Source: Gracilinanus agilis
Taxonomy: Eukaryota
DNA: 58,073 nucleotides
Direction of reading: 5' to 3'
NCBI RefSeq assembly: GCF_016433145.1
Contig: NC_058132.1
Coordinates: 67,564,828-67,622,900 of the forward strand
A model generated the notes under the pieces. That model saw only the letters and a list, made by a program, of their open reading frames with translations. It made no database searches and was not told the DNA's origin. The position numbers and the translations under genes were made by a program. Shown one piece after another: positions 35,685 to 47,302 of this stretch; the first letter of the stretch is position 1; every line of letters starts with the position of its first letter.

Positions 35685-38270
35685 TCTAGAGTCTAGACTT
35701 TAGCTTTAGGAACCTTCAGATTCCCAGTAGTTAGCCAGAACAATTTAGAAGCATCTTAGGTCTTTTTAGGCTTCAAGAAGATATACTAAGGCATTCAGAG
35801 TTCTTGCTGACATCTTTTTTTAGATAACCACCTAGAATGAGGCTCCAGCCATCTAAAGTGAAGTATATTTTCTGTATTTGGTGCTGAATCCTTCACAGAT
35901 TGACTTTCAAAACCAGATTGTCACATTAGGATCTGGTTTATCATAAGTGAAAATCCTCCCAAAATATATGATTTCATCAGTGTGGGCATGAACAATATCA
36001 ATCTCAACCTCTCCCTGTCCTAGTGTCATGGTTTCACCTCTTGTAGCTGCCTTCCTGGTGATGAACTTCTTTGAACTCGGTTGACTAGCTTGTTTCCAAT
36101 CCAGTACTTGAAGCTTTCCAGTTTGAGTAGGAACTGTCAGAGGGGAAATTCCACTGACATCACTTTTAAGGGCCCTGGGTTGTCATGGCCATGCCACAAT
36201 GTAGTATTAGATTGAGACTTAGGTGGAGCTTTAGTGATGTCATATTTACACAGCATTTAAAGATTTACAGATCTCTCTGTTAGTCCCAGTTTGAGGTGGG
36301 GTCATTGCAAGGACTCTTATCCCCATTTTACAGGTGAGGGAACAAACCGAAGCTCATAGAGGCTCATAACCAATAAATTGCTGGGCTGGGGTTCAGCAAC
36401 AGGTTTTCTGATTTCAAGTCTTATTCTGTGATACCAGGCAGCTTCTCAGTAGTTTTAGTTCTTTCTTCTAACCATTTTATTATTGGAAGATATTGAGCAC
36501 TGTTCATCTTTAAAGTGCCAAGTAAAAGTCAGATAATAGTGATGTCTTTTCCTCAAGTTTGGATAGCATTAAGCCTTCAAAGTGTGATGGAAACAAGACT
36601 TTCTTCAATCAGGAAAATGTATTGCTTTTCTCTTTCCACTTAAGGGTAAAATTGGTCTTGTTAGATGGTTAACGTGTGATAGAAATATTAAGGTCTATGG
36701 GAAGGGGAAGAATGTGTCTCTCTTCAGTCTTTTTGGATATAGTTTCCCAAGGATACTTGTGAGGTAAGACAATCATCTGAGCATGAATGTCTCTACTTTG
36801 ACAAGTCTTTGACATATGTAAATCTTAAATTTCAAAAATAGCCTGAAAAGAAAGAGAAGATCTGGTTTGCATTTGATGGAGCTACCACAAAACTCCAGTA
36901 AAACACCCACATCCTGCTATTAATGCTATCTAGAGTTCAGTAAACCAATGGAAGGGTAATTTAGAATTGTAAAAGGTTATGGTCCTGAGACATAAAGTAC
37001 ATTTTTAAAAATAGTTTTAATAAAATGCCTTTTTGTAAAAGCCACACTTCGGTTCCCTCCCTATTCCCCCTACCACTAAGAAACAACTCCCCCCCCCCTT
37101 AAAAAAATCCTCCCAGTACATAAGCATCATACAGATTAAGGGCCATTCTGGTACAATGGATTATATATATATGTATATATATATATATTTAATAGGTGAT
37201 ACATATCACCTATTAATTTTTCCTTTGTGAGTACAGCAGTGAGCAATTAACATAGTAATCTTAATATTTTGTGCTTTTAATTTTCTTAATCAGAATTTTT
37301 ATGAGATTAAGATATTCATTCACCTAACTAGTTTTAATATATAATATAATGTTCTCCTCAATATTCCTTTCACCAAATTTACAGCACTGTAGATAAATGA
37401 CAGTTTCTCCTCCATTGGCAACAAGGTTCTTCTTACAAGTCTTCCTTAAGAGTCAACAACCACATAGGTTCTAAAACTGCTAGCTTTTCACTCTGTGCCA
37501 ATCATATAATTACATTAAGTTTTTGGTCAGCCCCTTGCAACATACAAGTGGTTCAGATATTGGTAATATTGACTTCTGTTGGAAGATTTTCCTTAGGTTT
37601 ACAATTTAATATATAGATATATAATGTCTTTCTTCATAGCATCTATTAAATAACATTGTCCATAAAATCTTCAGTATTTAAGATAGTTGATAAATTTTGT
37701 GACATGGAAGCTTTGCAGACCTTCCATCTGCCAAGATCTTTCCATTGGGTTCAGTTATCTTTCTGATGCCTAGGGGAAAATGTCAGTTACTTTGATAGAT
37801 TATCCTTAGTTGAGAGCTTTTGACATACTTTTTATTCTTTTATAAATATTATTTCAAACAGAAACTAGCTTGAGATACAATGCCCTTCCATATCTCCCAG
37901 CCATGTTATTTAAGACCTCTGTTATCTTAATTACCTTATCCATAAAATGAGAGTTTGTCCCTTCCAACTTTGACAGTCTATGATGATCTATTCCTTAGAG
38001 TTACTTCAGAGACAGAATGCTGAGTTGGATAGATGATGGTTCTCTCAATTCTTATGTTCTCATGTTCTTTCTTGGCATTCCTGTTCTATGTGGAATAGTT
38101 CATGATAAAAGCACTAATTTGCAAAGTAACAGAACTGACCCTTTACCGACTTTCAGTCTTAGTTACTAGAGTCCCCAACTTTATCTTTACCCTCCCTATA
38201 TATGTTTAAATGGTTGCTGTAGCAAAATAGTCCATTATTCTAAATAATATTTCATTCCCAGATGCTTTTT

Positions 38271-38463
38271 TTTTTTTAGATTTTTTTTAAACCCTTAACT
38301 TCTGTGTATTGACTTATAGGTGGAAGAGTGGTAAGGGTAGGCACTGGGGGTCAAGTGACTTGCCCAGGGTCACACAGCTGGGAAGTGTCTGAGGCCAGAT
38401 TTGAACCTAGGACCTCCTGTCTCTAGGCCTGGCTCTTAATCCACTGAGCTACCCAGCTGCCCC
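38271..38463 (-). mobile_element. Young SINE1 (opossum-type) with intact 15-bp TSD
   Basis: TSD tcccagatgcttttt at 38256-38270 and 38464-38478. Nearly identical to the copy at 45231-45421. Confidence 0.92.
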
Positions 38464-40390
38464 TCCCAGATGCTTTTTGATAGAAATTTGGTTCCTTTTT
38501 TTCTTTATAGACTGGTTTGCTAGAATGTTTTTCAGCATATAAGCAGTATCATTTATTATTTACTAAAATGTCATCATAATGCATAAAAATCCCTTATGTT
38601 TATCTATATAGAATGAAAATTGATATGTATATTCAAGGACATTGACCCTAGAGTACTATCTTGTTAGGACTCATTTGTTTATTCCCCTAAATGGTTTTTT
38701 AAGTGGGTCTATTTCAGAGTGTCTTAGTCTTCAAGAAAAGAGTGGTCAGCTCCTAGAAAACAGAATGGTACCTTTAAGTCAGATATCCTTGGCAGTGAGG
38801 CCACCAATCAGTCTTAACTTCACAATTCTTGTGACAGCCCTCTCTCAATTCCATCTTTTACATGCTAGGCAATAGTTGTTCTTGATCAATGTTGAACTAA
38901 CCTAAGCTAAACCAAATTTTTTCTAGTATTAGTTGTCCTACAGTTTAAACTGAAAGGTGATTAAGTGAAAGGTTTCTAGATGTGACTTAAGAAAGACATT
39001 CCTAGCTTAAAGATCTTTTCTTAACTTCATGGAGCTATTGTTTAGGTTTATCATCACATTTGAGGAGTTTTGTATGTTTTAATAAGCCATTTTTTAAAAA
39101 TTGCCATTTCCATGCCTTGGTGATAGAACAAAAATGTTAAATTGTTTTCTAAGCATAAATCCTTTAGTTGAATTTTTTCTAAGTTTTTAAAGGTAGTCAT
39201 GTAAGAATTAAGTTCATGAGTCATGTGAACTGAGCTAAAAGGATTCTTTTCCCAAACCAATTTACAGAAATAATCATAACAGGAGCTGCTTTTTCAGAAT
39301 CTTGCCAGTAAACCAATGCTAGATGACTCCAGTGTTGTTTTGTTTTCTTAAAATTGTTCATTGTTTAGATGGCCAATACTGTTTATGTCACTTGTATCCC
39401 TTCTTCCCAGCCAGTTCTTTCTGTTTCTGTCACCTTTCTTGGAATTTTTGGATTAGTTAAATTATTCTCTACTGCTGAAGAAAATGCTTATACAAGATTA
39501 CTTTGAAGCATTCATTACTGACAAGGTATTTAGCCTACCTAAGGGTAAATGGTAGTTCTTGATCCCTAAAGTATATATTCTTGGAGAGATTACATATGTA
39601 GTTCATCTGCCCAATGGTGGTTTTTCCCTGGTATTGAATCATTCTAAATCAGATTTTTTGCTCATCTTCAGAAAAGTCTCTTTTAGGCAGTTTTCTTTTT
39701 TAAAAAAAGCATTTGAGTATTAGTATTGATGCTATGACATTGATTCTGGTCAGTGCTTGAGTGTCCATATACTAATACAGCTTCTCTGTTGTTGGCAGGT
39801 AAAGTGAAATCTGGATCATAAGCCTGATGGTGCCATCAAGGAGCTAGTATAGTGATCAGTCAGCTTTTAAAATGGTGAATCAGGCTTAGGTGATAGAAAT
39901 CAACACACATTTCATCTAACTCACCATTCTCAAGAATATTTATGAATTCTTTAAAGAGGTGGTGTCTCCTCTTTGTTCAAATCCTTCCTAGGAAATGAAT
40001 GTTTAGGATTAGCAGATTGACTTTCCATCCACCAAAGAAATCATCGAAGGAAACCCAGAGAGTGTTTGATCCTGAGCAAGATGCAGCTCCCCAAACTCTT
40101 CAGACTAATTATATATAGGTCTTCATGGTTCAAATTAGGGTATAACACCTTCCTGATAGTTGAAGGGCTGACTATATAGACCATCCTTAGCAGTAGTTCT
40201 TGGTTTTGAAATCTACAAAGGTAGGGGTTTGGGACTTATGCCAGTGTTGTTATTTCCACGTTTAAAAATCCACAGGAATAACAAGAGCCTTGATCTTACT
40301 TTAAGACTATATGCTTCTGTTAGTTCAAGGCATTCCACCTTCATTCCTAATATTATCTTCTTGCCTTTGTGTATATTCATTCACTTGTAG

Positions 40391-40849
40391 ACTAAGGATG
40401 ACATTCCCAAAGAGGAAGTGGATTCAATGACAAAGAGACCAAACCCTGACTCTGAATGGGAGGGCCTTAAGCATTCAGTGGTCCTTAGTGGGACCCAAAT
40501 GACAACTCGATCGGAGTCTCCACAAAGCCATGACTTTGGGCCTGTCTCCATAAATGGCAAGGAGGCAGAAGACAAGGCACATGAGGCAGCTGGTCTCCTT
40601 GGTAACAAGGAGATGCTAAGTTGGCCAAATGGGGTATGTACAGGTGTAGAAGAGCAAACCAGTGCCTTAAAGCACTTGGAGTGCATGCTATCTGAAACAC
40701 CTGCTTCCTGTCAGCTGTACACTGGTGGAAAAGAGGCAAAGGGTGGTGAAGACCATGTTACACCAAATGAGCTACTTGGGAAGCAGAATGGACCATATCC
40801 TGACTTTCGTGTGGGTTCAGGGTTCCCCATCCTCATTCGAAGTTTCCAG
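40391..40849 (+). CDS. EPB41: Protein 4.1R large alternative exon (17B-like), 459 nt, 153 aa, phase 0 to 0
   Basis: ttgtag|ACT acceptor, CAG|gtagta donor. Open frame TKDDIPKEEVDSMTKRPNPDSEW...YPDFRVGSGFPILIRSFQ. Position and size match the roughly 450-nt epithelial exon 17B; I cannot verify the peptide from memory. Confidence 0.82.
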
Positions 40850-41242
40850 GTAGTAATGGTTTGGGTCAAATGCCTCTCTTTGGGAGAGGGCCAGAACTCT
40901 CCCTGGGATGGTGATGGGAGCCATTTATTTCATACTTTTCTGATTAAAGAATGATTAAAGAACTTGTGAAGGCATCTCAGAGGAACTTACCCAGAGGAAT
41001 TCCAAAGCAAGAATTGACTTTTTTGCCAGCTAATTTGCAAGGCATATGTAAATAAACCCTGTCATGGCCATTACACAGTCTGATAAGGGTTTTTTAAAAG
41101 GGGATGCTACCTTTCTTAGTTCAAATGCAGGTTTAAAAAGAAAGGTAAAATTCTGAAACTTCTATGGGCAAGAAACTTCAATGTTTTTGATAACTACAGT
41201 TGCTCAGGAAACAAAACCAGCTCTGTTGAAAAAGAGTAGTTG

Positions 41243-41422
41243 AGGTGGCAGCTAGGTGGCTCAGTGGATAGAGAGCTAGGCCTGGAGTCAGGAGATCCCG
41301 AGTTCAAATTTGGGCCATAGACACTTCCTAGATGTGTGACCTTGGGCAAGTAACTTAACCCCCATTGTCAGCCCAATTCTTGATATTAATTCCTAGATGG
41401 GAGGGAAGGGTTAAAAAAAATG
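41243..41422 (+). mobile_element. SINE1-type copy with 15-bp TSD
   Basis: TSD gaaaaagagtag(t/c)tg at 41228-41242 and 41423-41437. Confidence 0.88.
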
Positions 41423-42262
41423 GAAAAAGAGTAGCTGGTTTCTCACCAAGATTATTTCAGACCTAAGACAAAAATATATTTTAGTCACGAAATCTGACTC
41501 TATAAGATTCTAATATTCATTACTTTGTTCTGTTACCCTCTACTACTCCCATCCCAGGGAGAAAGAGAAATGGGTTTTAGTGATCATTGGTACTAATCAT
41601 TTATGCTAAAGTAGATGTCCATGTAATCCCTATGATAATCAAGGGGTAGCTTTCAGAGTGATTTACAGACTTGGGGAAGGTGAGCTGATTTGGCTAAAAT
41701 GGCCTTCCATTCTTTGACTAATATTTGTCCTTCTGATATATTAATCACCAGGTGGTGGCATAACTGATTTTTCTCTTTTCAAATATTGTTTCCTTTCAAC
41801 AACTCCAGTGAACATCTGACATTGATTTGAAAAGAGTTAATGAATTCCATGCATCATTTGGACTTAAGGGAGGAACTATGTGGCCAATTTTCTTGATTGC
41901 AAGTGGTGTACAATCCCAAGGACAAAACAAAATAATTGCTATTTGGCAAACAGTTTTGTATTCAAATTTTGGCTCAGAAATCAATCCAAAATATTTTATA
42001 TCATTCATCTTAATTGTAAAGTCTTATGGCCACTTTGTTTTTTCATTAGACATACTTAGAATATAGTTCTTTCCCATCCCTTATGATTTGACACTTTGTA
42101 AGAACTACTGTAAAATGATTTACAAGTCCTATGCAAACAAATCCTAGTTGGATTTTTTGTCTGCAAAGACCCTGAAACTTTGATCAGGTCAGTGTCAGAC
42201 AGTTGGCCATCTATTTCCCTCAGACAAGATATAAGTAATTTTCCTTCTCCACTGTTTCATAG

Positions 42263-42391
42263 CCTCCTCTTGTGAAGACTCAGACAGTCACCATCTCGGA
42301 TGTTGCTAATGCTGGGAAAAGTGAAATCCCAACCAAAGATGTCCCTATTGTTCACACTGAAACTAAAACCATCACTTATGAGGCTGCCCAG
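42263..42391 (+). CDS. EPB41: Protein 4.1R exon 18 (CTD), 129 nt
   Basis: tag|CCT acceptor, CAG|gtagga donor. Encodes PPLVKTQTVTISDVANAGKSEIPTKDVPIVHTETKTITYEAAQ. Confidence 0.97.
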
Positions 42392-43579
42392 GTAGGATAT
42401 ATATTTTTTTAACTTAAATCTTTGGTTGCTTATAGTCAAGTTCTTCTTCAGACTTGGTAGTTCTAGCAAGTGGCATTTATTTACTGTTTTCATAGATTCA
42501 GAAGAGGAAAATTGCCTTCAGTGGGGTTAATGAGCTGATAGGAATAGTGGCCAAGGGTAATTATAGTAAATTGTGAAAAGCTTTGAAGATTAGACAGAAA
42601 AGTTTGGATTAGGAATCACTTAAGAGTGCCAGTGGAGTGTGAAGATAAAATCAATGTTTGAGGGAAGGAATGGAGGCAGAGAAATAAGTGAAGGTGGTCC
42701 GGGTATCAAAAGGTGAGGATTACTTAGATTTAAGTGATGGTTTTCAAAGTAGGAAGGAAGAAGTGAGTCTACAATAAACTGGGGGAGGTGGGGGAAGACT
42801 GAAAGGACTTATCAGTGAATCAGATGTGGAAAATGCCAAAGGACAGGATCTGACCATGAGTTCAAGATTTTAAAACTCTGTGTTTGTGGAAAAACGCCAT
42901 TGGGAAATTAGGAAAGGTTCACTTCCCTTGTACCCCATATCCAATTAATTGTCAAGTCTTAGCAGTTTGACCTCCAAAAGTGATCTCCTACCCCTCTCTT
43001 TGGCCACCATTCACCATTCCTTAAATGGAATATGGCTCAGTCTCCCAAGTAGTCCCGTAGAGCTTCCAGGCCCTTTCCAATATGTCTACCATACAGCTAC
43101 CAAAATAATCTTCTGACCATATCATTTCCCTCCTCAAGTGCCTTTAGTGGTTCTCTACTGCCACTGCTTCTAGGAAAAAATACTAATGCCTTCGCTTGGC
43201 TTTTTTGTAAAGCCTTCACAAATTGACTCCAATCTACCTTTCCAGGTTTCTTACTGAAGTGATAGTTTTAGAAGTAGGAAGAATTGAGTCCACAACAAAC
43301 TGGAAAAAAAAAGACTGATAGGACTTATTAAAGTATTAGATATGGAAAAAGGTTGGGAACTTAGATAACTAAAAGGATTGTGGTGTCATCAACAGAAAAA
43401 TAAAAATTTGGAGAGAGTAGATGGGAGGAGAGATTAAGTTTCATAAGTAAAATATGTTTTGTTTGAGGAAAATATTAGGGAACTCTTTGGCAAGTGACCA
43501 CTATATCCCTCTGTGACTGGATTAGATCAGGAGTCCCAAACCAGTGGACTGGGTTGCAGAAAGGTTTGTAACTTTGGAT

Positions 43580-44400
43580 ATATGCTCTATCCTGCCTCTT
43601 CTTTAACCTCATATCCAATCAGTTGCCAAGTTTTTATTGTTTCTGTCTCCCCAGTATCTCTTACATCCATTCCCTTCTTGTTTAGGCCCTAATCACATCT
43701 TCTCTAGACTTATTGCAACTGCCCCTCCCTGCTTCAGGCCTCTTCTCTCTCTGGGCCATTGTACTTCCAGCTGCCAGTGTTTCCCTACAGTGCAAGTTTG
43801 ATCGTGTCACTCCTGTGGGTTGGAATCCCACCTCAGACACTTGCCAGCTTTTTCACCCCAAACAAGTCAATTAATCCCATCAGCCTCCTCCAAATCATCA
43901 TCCCTAAAATGAAGAAGAGATTGGACTCCAAGCCTCTTCTGACAATAGAACTATCATAAGATAAACTAGTTTGCCACTTAAAATACTCCACAACCTGGTC
44001 CCAACTCTCCTTTCTAGTCCTGTTCTTCATACATCACATTCCATCTCCCAACTCTGTACCTATTCGTAGACTGAGGTGCCTACCCTGCAAAAGGCACATT
44101 CTTTACCTCTGTCACTGAGAATCCCTAGTGTCTTTTAGTGCTCAGCTCTAATGTCTCCTCCCCCAAAATTACATTATATTTGTTTGTGTAAATGAGATCA
44201 TCATTTTATATCTATATAGCCATTGCCCAGGGCCTGGTACACAGTAAGTGCTAAATAAATGTTAGCTAGTATTATGTGCGGACTTATCATGTCATCCAGT
44301 ACAATGTGAGTTCCCACATGCAGGGACTATTTCATTTTTTTTCTTTAACTTGACACATGAATTCATAATAAATGCTTGCCTCTTGATTCATTGCTCTCCA
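43580..44400 (+). mobile_element. L2 LINE 3' fragments
   Basis: ctctagacttattgcaac...; ends cctggtacacagtaagtgctaaataaatg and aataaatgcttg. Confidence 0.7.
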
Positions 44401-44669
44401 AGGTCAGTCTTACGCTGGTTGCCACCATCACCCTTACCATTATTCTTTTGGCTTACTTGATGCTGTCTACCAGAATTTTCATTGCAGAGGGAGGAACAGT
44501 CAGCAACAGCATTCCCTTCCCTGTTCAGGAATATCACTTGTTAGCCTTTCTACATGAAAAGAGTGGAAGCACTCCATTCAGATACACCCCCAGGAGAGAG
44601 AGACTGAACCACTGGCAGTGCCAAAATTGACTGCACAGAGTTTCAAAGTTGGAAGGGATTTTATTTTAT

Positions 44670-44868
44670 TTTTTAATCCTTACCTTCCATCTTAGAATCA
44701 ATATGGTATATTAATTCCAAGGCAGAAGAGTGGTAAGGGCTAGGCAATGAAGATTAAGTGACTTGAGCAGGATCACATAGCTAAGAAGTATCTAAGGCCA
44801 GGTTTGAACCCAGGACCCTCCCATCTTTAGGCCTAGCTCTCAATCCACTGAGCCATCCAACTGTCTCA
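44670..44868 (-). mobile_element. SINE1 (opossum-type) copy
   Basis: Antisense ccttaccttccatcttagaatc...ccactgagccatcca. Confidence 0.85.
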
Positions 44869-45230
44869 TGGAAGAGACTTCAGTGGCCATCCATTCTTTA
44901 CCCGAAGTCCTTCATTTGGGGGAGGGGAGGCAGGAAGCCATCATCTCCCAGGGTGCTTTTACTTTTGTATAGCTGCAAGAGTTAGGAAGGTTTTCTTGAT
45001 TTTGAAGCCCGAATTTGACTCTTTGAGACCTATTGCTTCTAATCCTACTCCACAAAGTTAGACACAGTAAGTTTAAGTCTTCTTCTGTTTGACAGCCCTT
45101 CACATACTTACCTATCAAGTCTTAACCTTTTTTTTCTATGGTGTTCTCTCTTTTCTCTCTCTCTCTGTATCTCTCTCTCTTTCCTCCTCAATTTTAGCAC
45201 ATTTAGGTGGTCTCTCTATATTTTTTTTAA

Positions 45231-45421
45231 TTTTTTTTTTAATTTTAAACCCTTAACTTCTGTGTATTGACTTATAGGTGGAAGAGTGGTAAGGGTAGGC
45301 AATGGGGGTCAAGTGACTTGCCCAGGGTCACACAGCTGGGAAATGTCTGAGGCCAGATTTGAACCTAGGACCTCCCGTCTCTAGGCCTGACTCTCAATCC
45401 ACTGAGCTACCCAGCTGCCTC
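45231..45421 (-). mobile_element. Young SINE1 (opossum-type)
   Basis: Full-length antisense copy; flanked on both sides by tctctctat, a T-run and aa (TSD-like). Confidence 0.92.
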
Positions 45422-45643
45422 TCTCTCTATTTTTTTTTAAACCACAACAGTTTGAGAAGCTGTGAGTTAGAAATTAATTAATCCCATTTCCCTCTGCTCT
45501 GATTATTGGGCTATCAGGGATCATGAATTTGCCGATGTTTCCAAACTCCAAGACTTGTATGCATTCGACAGTCACTTTTCTAATTTATTCCTCCCCTCAT
45601 CTTCCAGGCTATTTTGTAATCAGTCAGCAAATTAGTTAGCACT

Positions 45644-45646
<3 letters not shown>

Positions 45647-45674
<28 letters not shown>
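45647..45674. repeat. (CA)n microsatellite within an L2 relic
   Basis: Seen directly. Confidence 0.9.
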
Positions 45675-45678
<4 letters not shown>

Positions 45679-46389
45679 CCTGCCATCAAGGAACTTACAT
45701 TCCAATGAGGGAGACAACATAAAAGATAGCTATAGATGAAAGATAGCTTTCTAGTTATTTGCTTTTTGTCATCATAAAAAGGTTAACTCTCCATAGAAAA
45801 GATGCCTCCTTAACCCTTATTTTCTAAGTGAATTGGTTGAATTTCCCTTGTTAGAAAATCTGTGAACAAAGAAAGATATAAGTAAATGTAATATATATAG
45901 TGCATAAAGTACATATATATATACACTTTAATATATATAAAGTAAAAAGCATACTTTTTAAATATATAAAGAGATATGCTATAAGATGTGGATTTCTTCT
46001 GCACTATGCCTATACTTCATGATATATTTCTTCTCTGTTTTGAGCTAAAGACCCATAGCCATGAAATCAGACCATGGGATCCCAGTGTTGTTGGCCTTGC
46101 TATCAGCCACGGTCCTGTCCCAGCCTCACCTCTAAGGATCTACATCATAGATTATCATTGCTCTCTTAGCCACCAGTGCCCCTCTCCAGCACTGTGAGAA
46201 TCTAATCTTCCCTACTTAGGCTGACTTTGTGAAAAGGACTATTTATTAGTCAAAGCATTACTGTGTAGGATGTTGGTTATTATTTTAAAATGCGTGACTG
46301 AGCCAAGAACTGGCAGGTGCCATATCCTCTTAGTCTTGTCCTCTTATTCAAGGAGATACTTAATTGGTGGTGTGTGACTCTCTCTTCAG

Positions 46390-46491
46390 ACTGATGAGGG
46401 CAATGGTGACCTAGACCCTGGAGTCCTACTGACAGCTCAGACCATCACATCTGAGACCACAAGCAGTACTACCACAACTCAGATTACCAAG
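46390..46491 (+). CDS. EPB41: Protein 4.1R exon 19 (CTD), 102 nt
   Basis: cag|ACT acceptor, AAG|gtaaag donor. Encodes TDEGNGDLDPGVLLTAQTITSETTSSTTTTQITK. Confidence 0.97.
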
Positions 46492-46929
46492 GTAAAGTAC
46501 TAATACACAAAGGGTGGCTGGTTACCTGTTGGACTGCTGAGTCAGCTGCTTTCTCACCCCCCCCCCAAAAAAAAAAATCTTGGCCCTGGCAAGGGGGTAA
46601 AGTCCTACCTTGTTTCCTTGTTTGAATTACTCCCAAAATTTCTGCTTCCTAGCTAGAAGTTGAATACTGATTTCTCCAAAAGCAGACCAAATGCCCAAGA
46701 AGAAGGCAGTGGACACGGAGAGATCTCTTTCTGAGAGATTCAAGGAAACAATATAATGTAAAAATTTTGTGTGTTACTTTTGTAATTATAAAAACCTGTG
46801 TTCAGTCCCAGCTACTAAGCTTACTTTAAAAATCCCTTTTGTTGGCCTAAGTTTCCTCAGCTATAAAATGGGGATAATCTTTGCACTACTTATCTTTAAT
46901 ACTTTGTCAGCCAGAAAACACTATCAATC

Positions 46930-47137
46930 GGGGGGCAGCTGGGTAGCTCAGTGGAGTGAGAGTCAGGCCTAGAGACAGGAGGTCCTAGGTTCAAACCCGG
47001 CCTCAGCCACTTCCCAGCTGTGTGACCCTGGGCAAGTCACTTGACCCCCATTGCCCACCCTTACCAATCTTCCACCTATGAGACAATACACCGAAGTACA
47101 AGGGTTAAAAAAAAAACCAACAAAAAACCAAAAAAAC
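46930..47137 (+). mobile_element. Young SINE1 (opossum-type) with 15-bp TSD
   Basis: TSD aaaacactatcaatc at 46915-46929 and 47138-47152; A-rich tail. Confidence 0.93.
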
Positions 47138-47302
47138 AAAACACTATCAATCAGTCAAATACTTACTAATTGTTATAGTGCCTGGTACTGGAGATACAAG
47201 TTCCAAAAAATGAAATAATTCCTACTCAAAATGAGCCTATATTTAAATGGAAAGGAGACAAATATATAGAAAAATAAATATAAAGCTAATTATGTATATA
47301 CA

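Noticed and set aside
40850-40954. ORF continuation beyond exon 17B
   Set aside because: A phase-0 donor at 40849 joins exon 18 cleanly; the remainder is intronic read-through.
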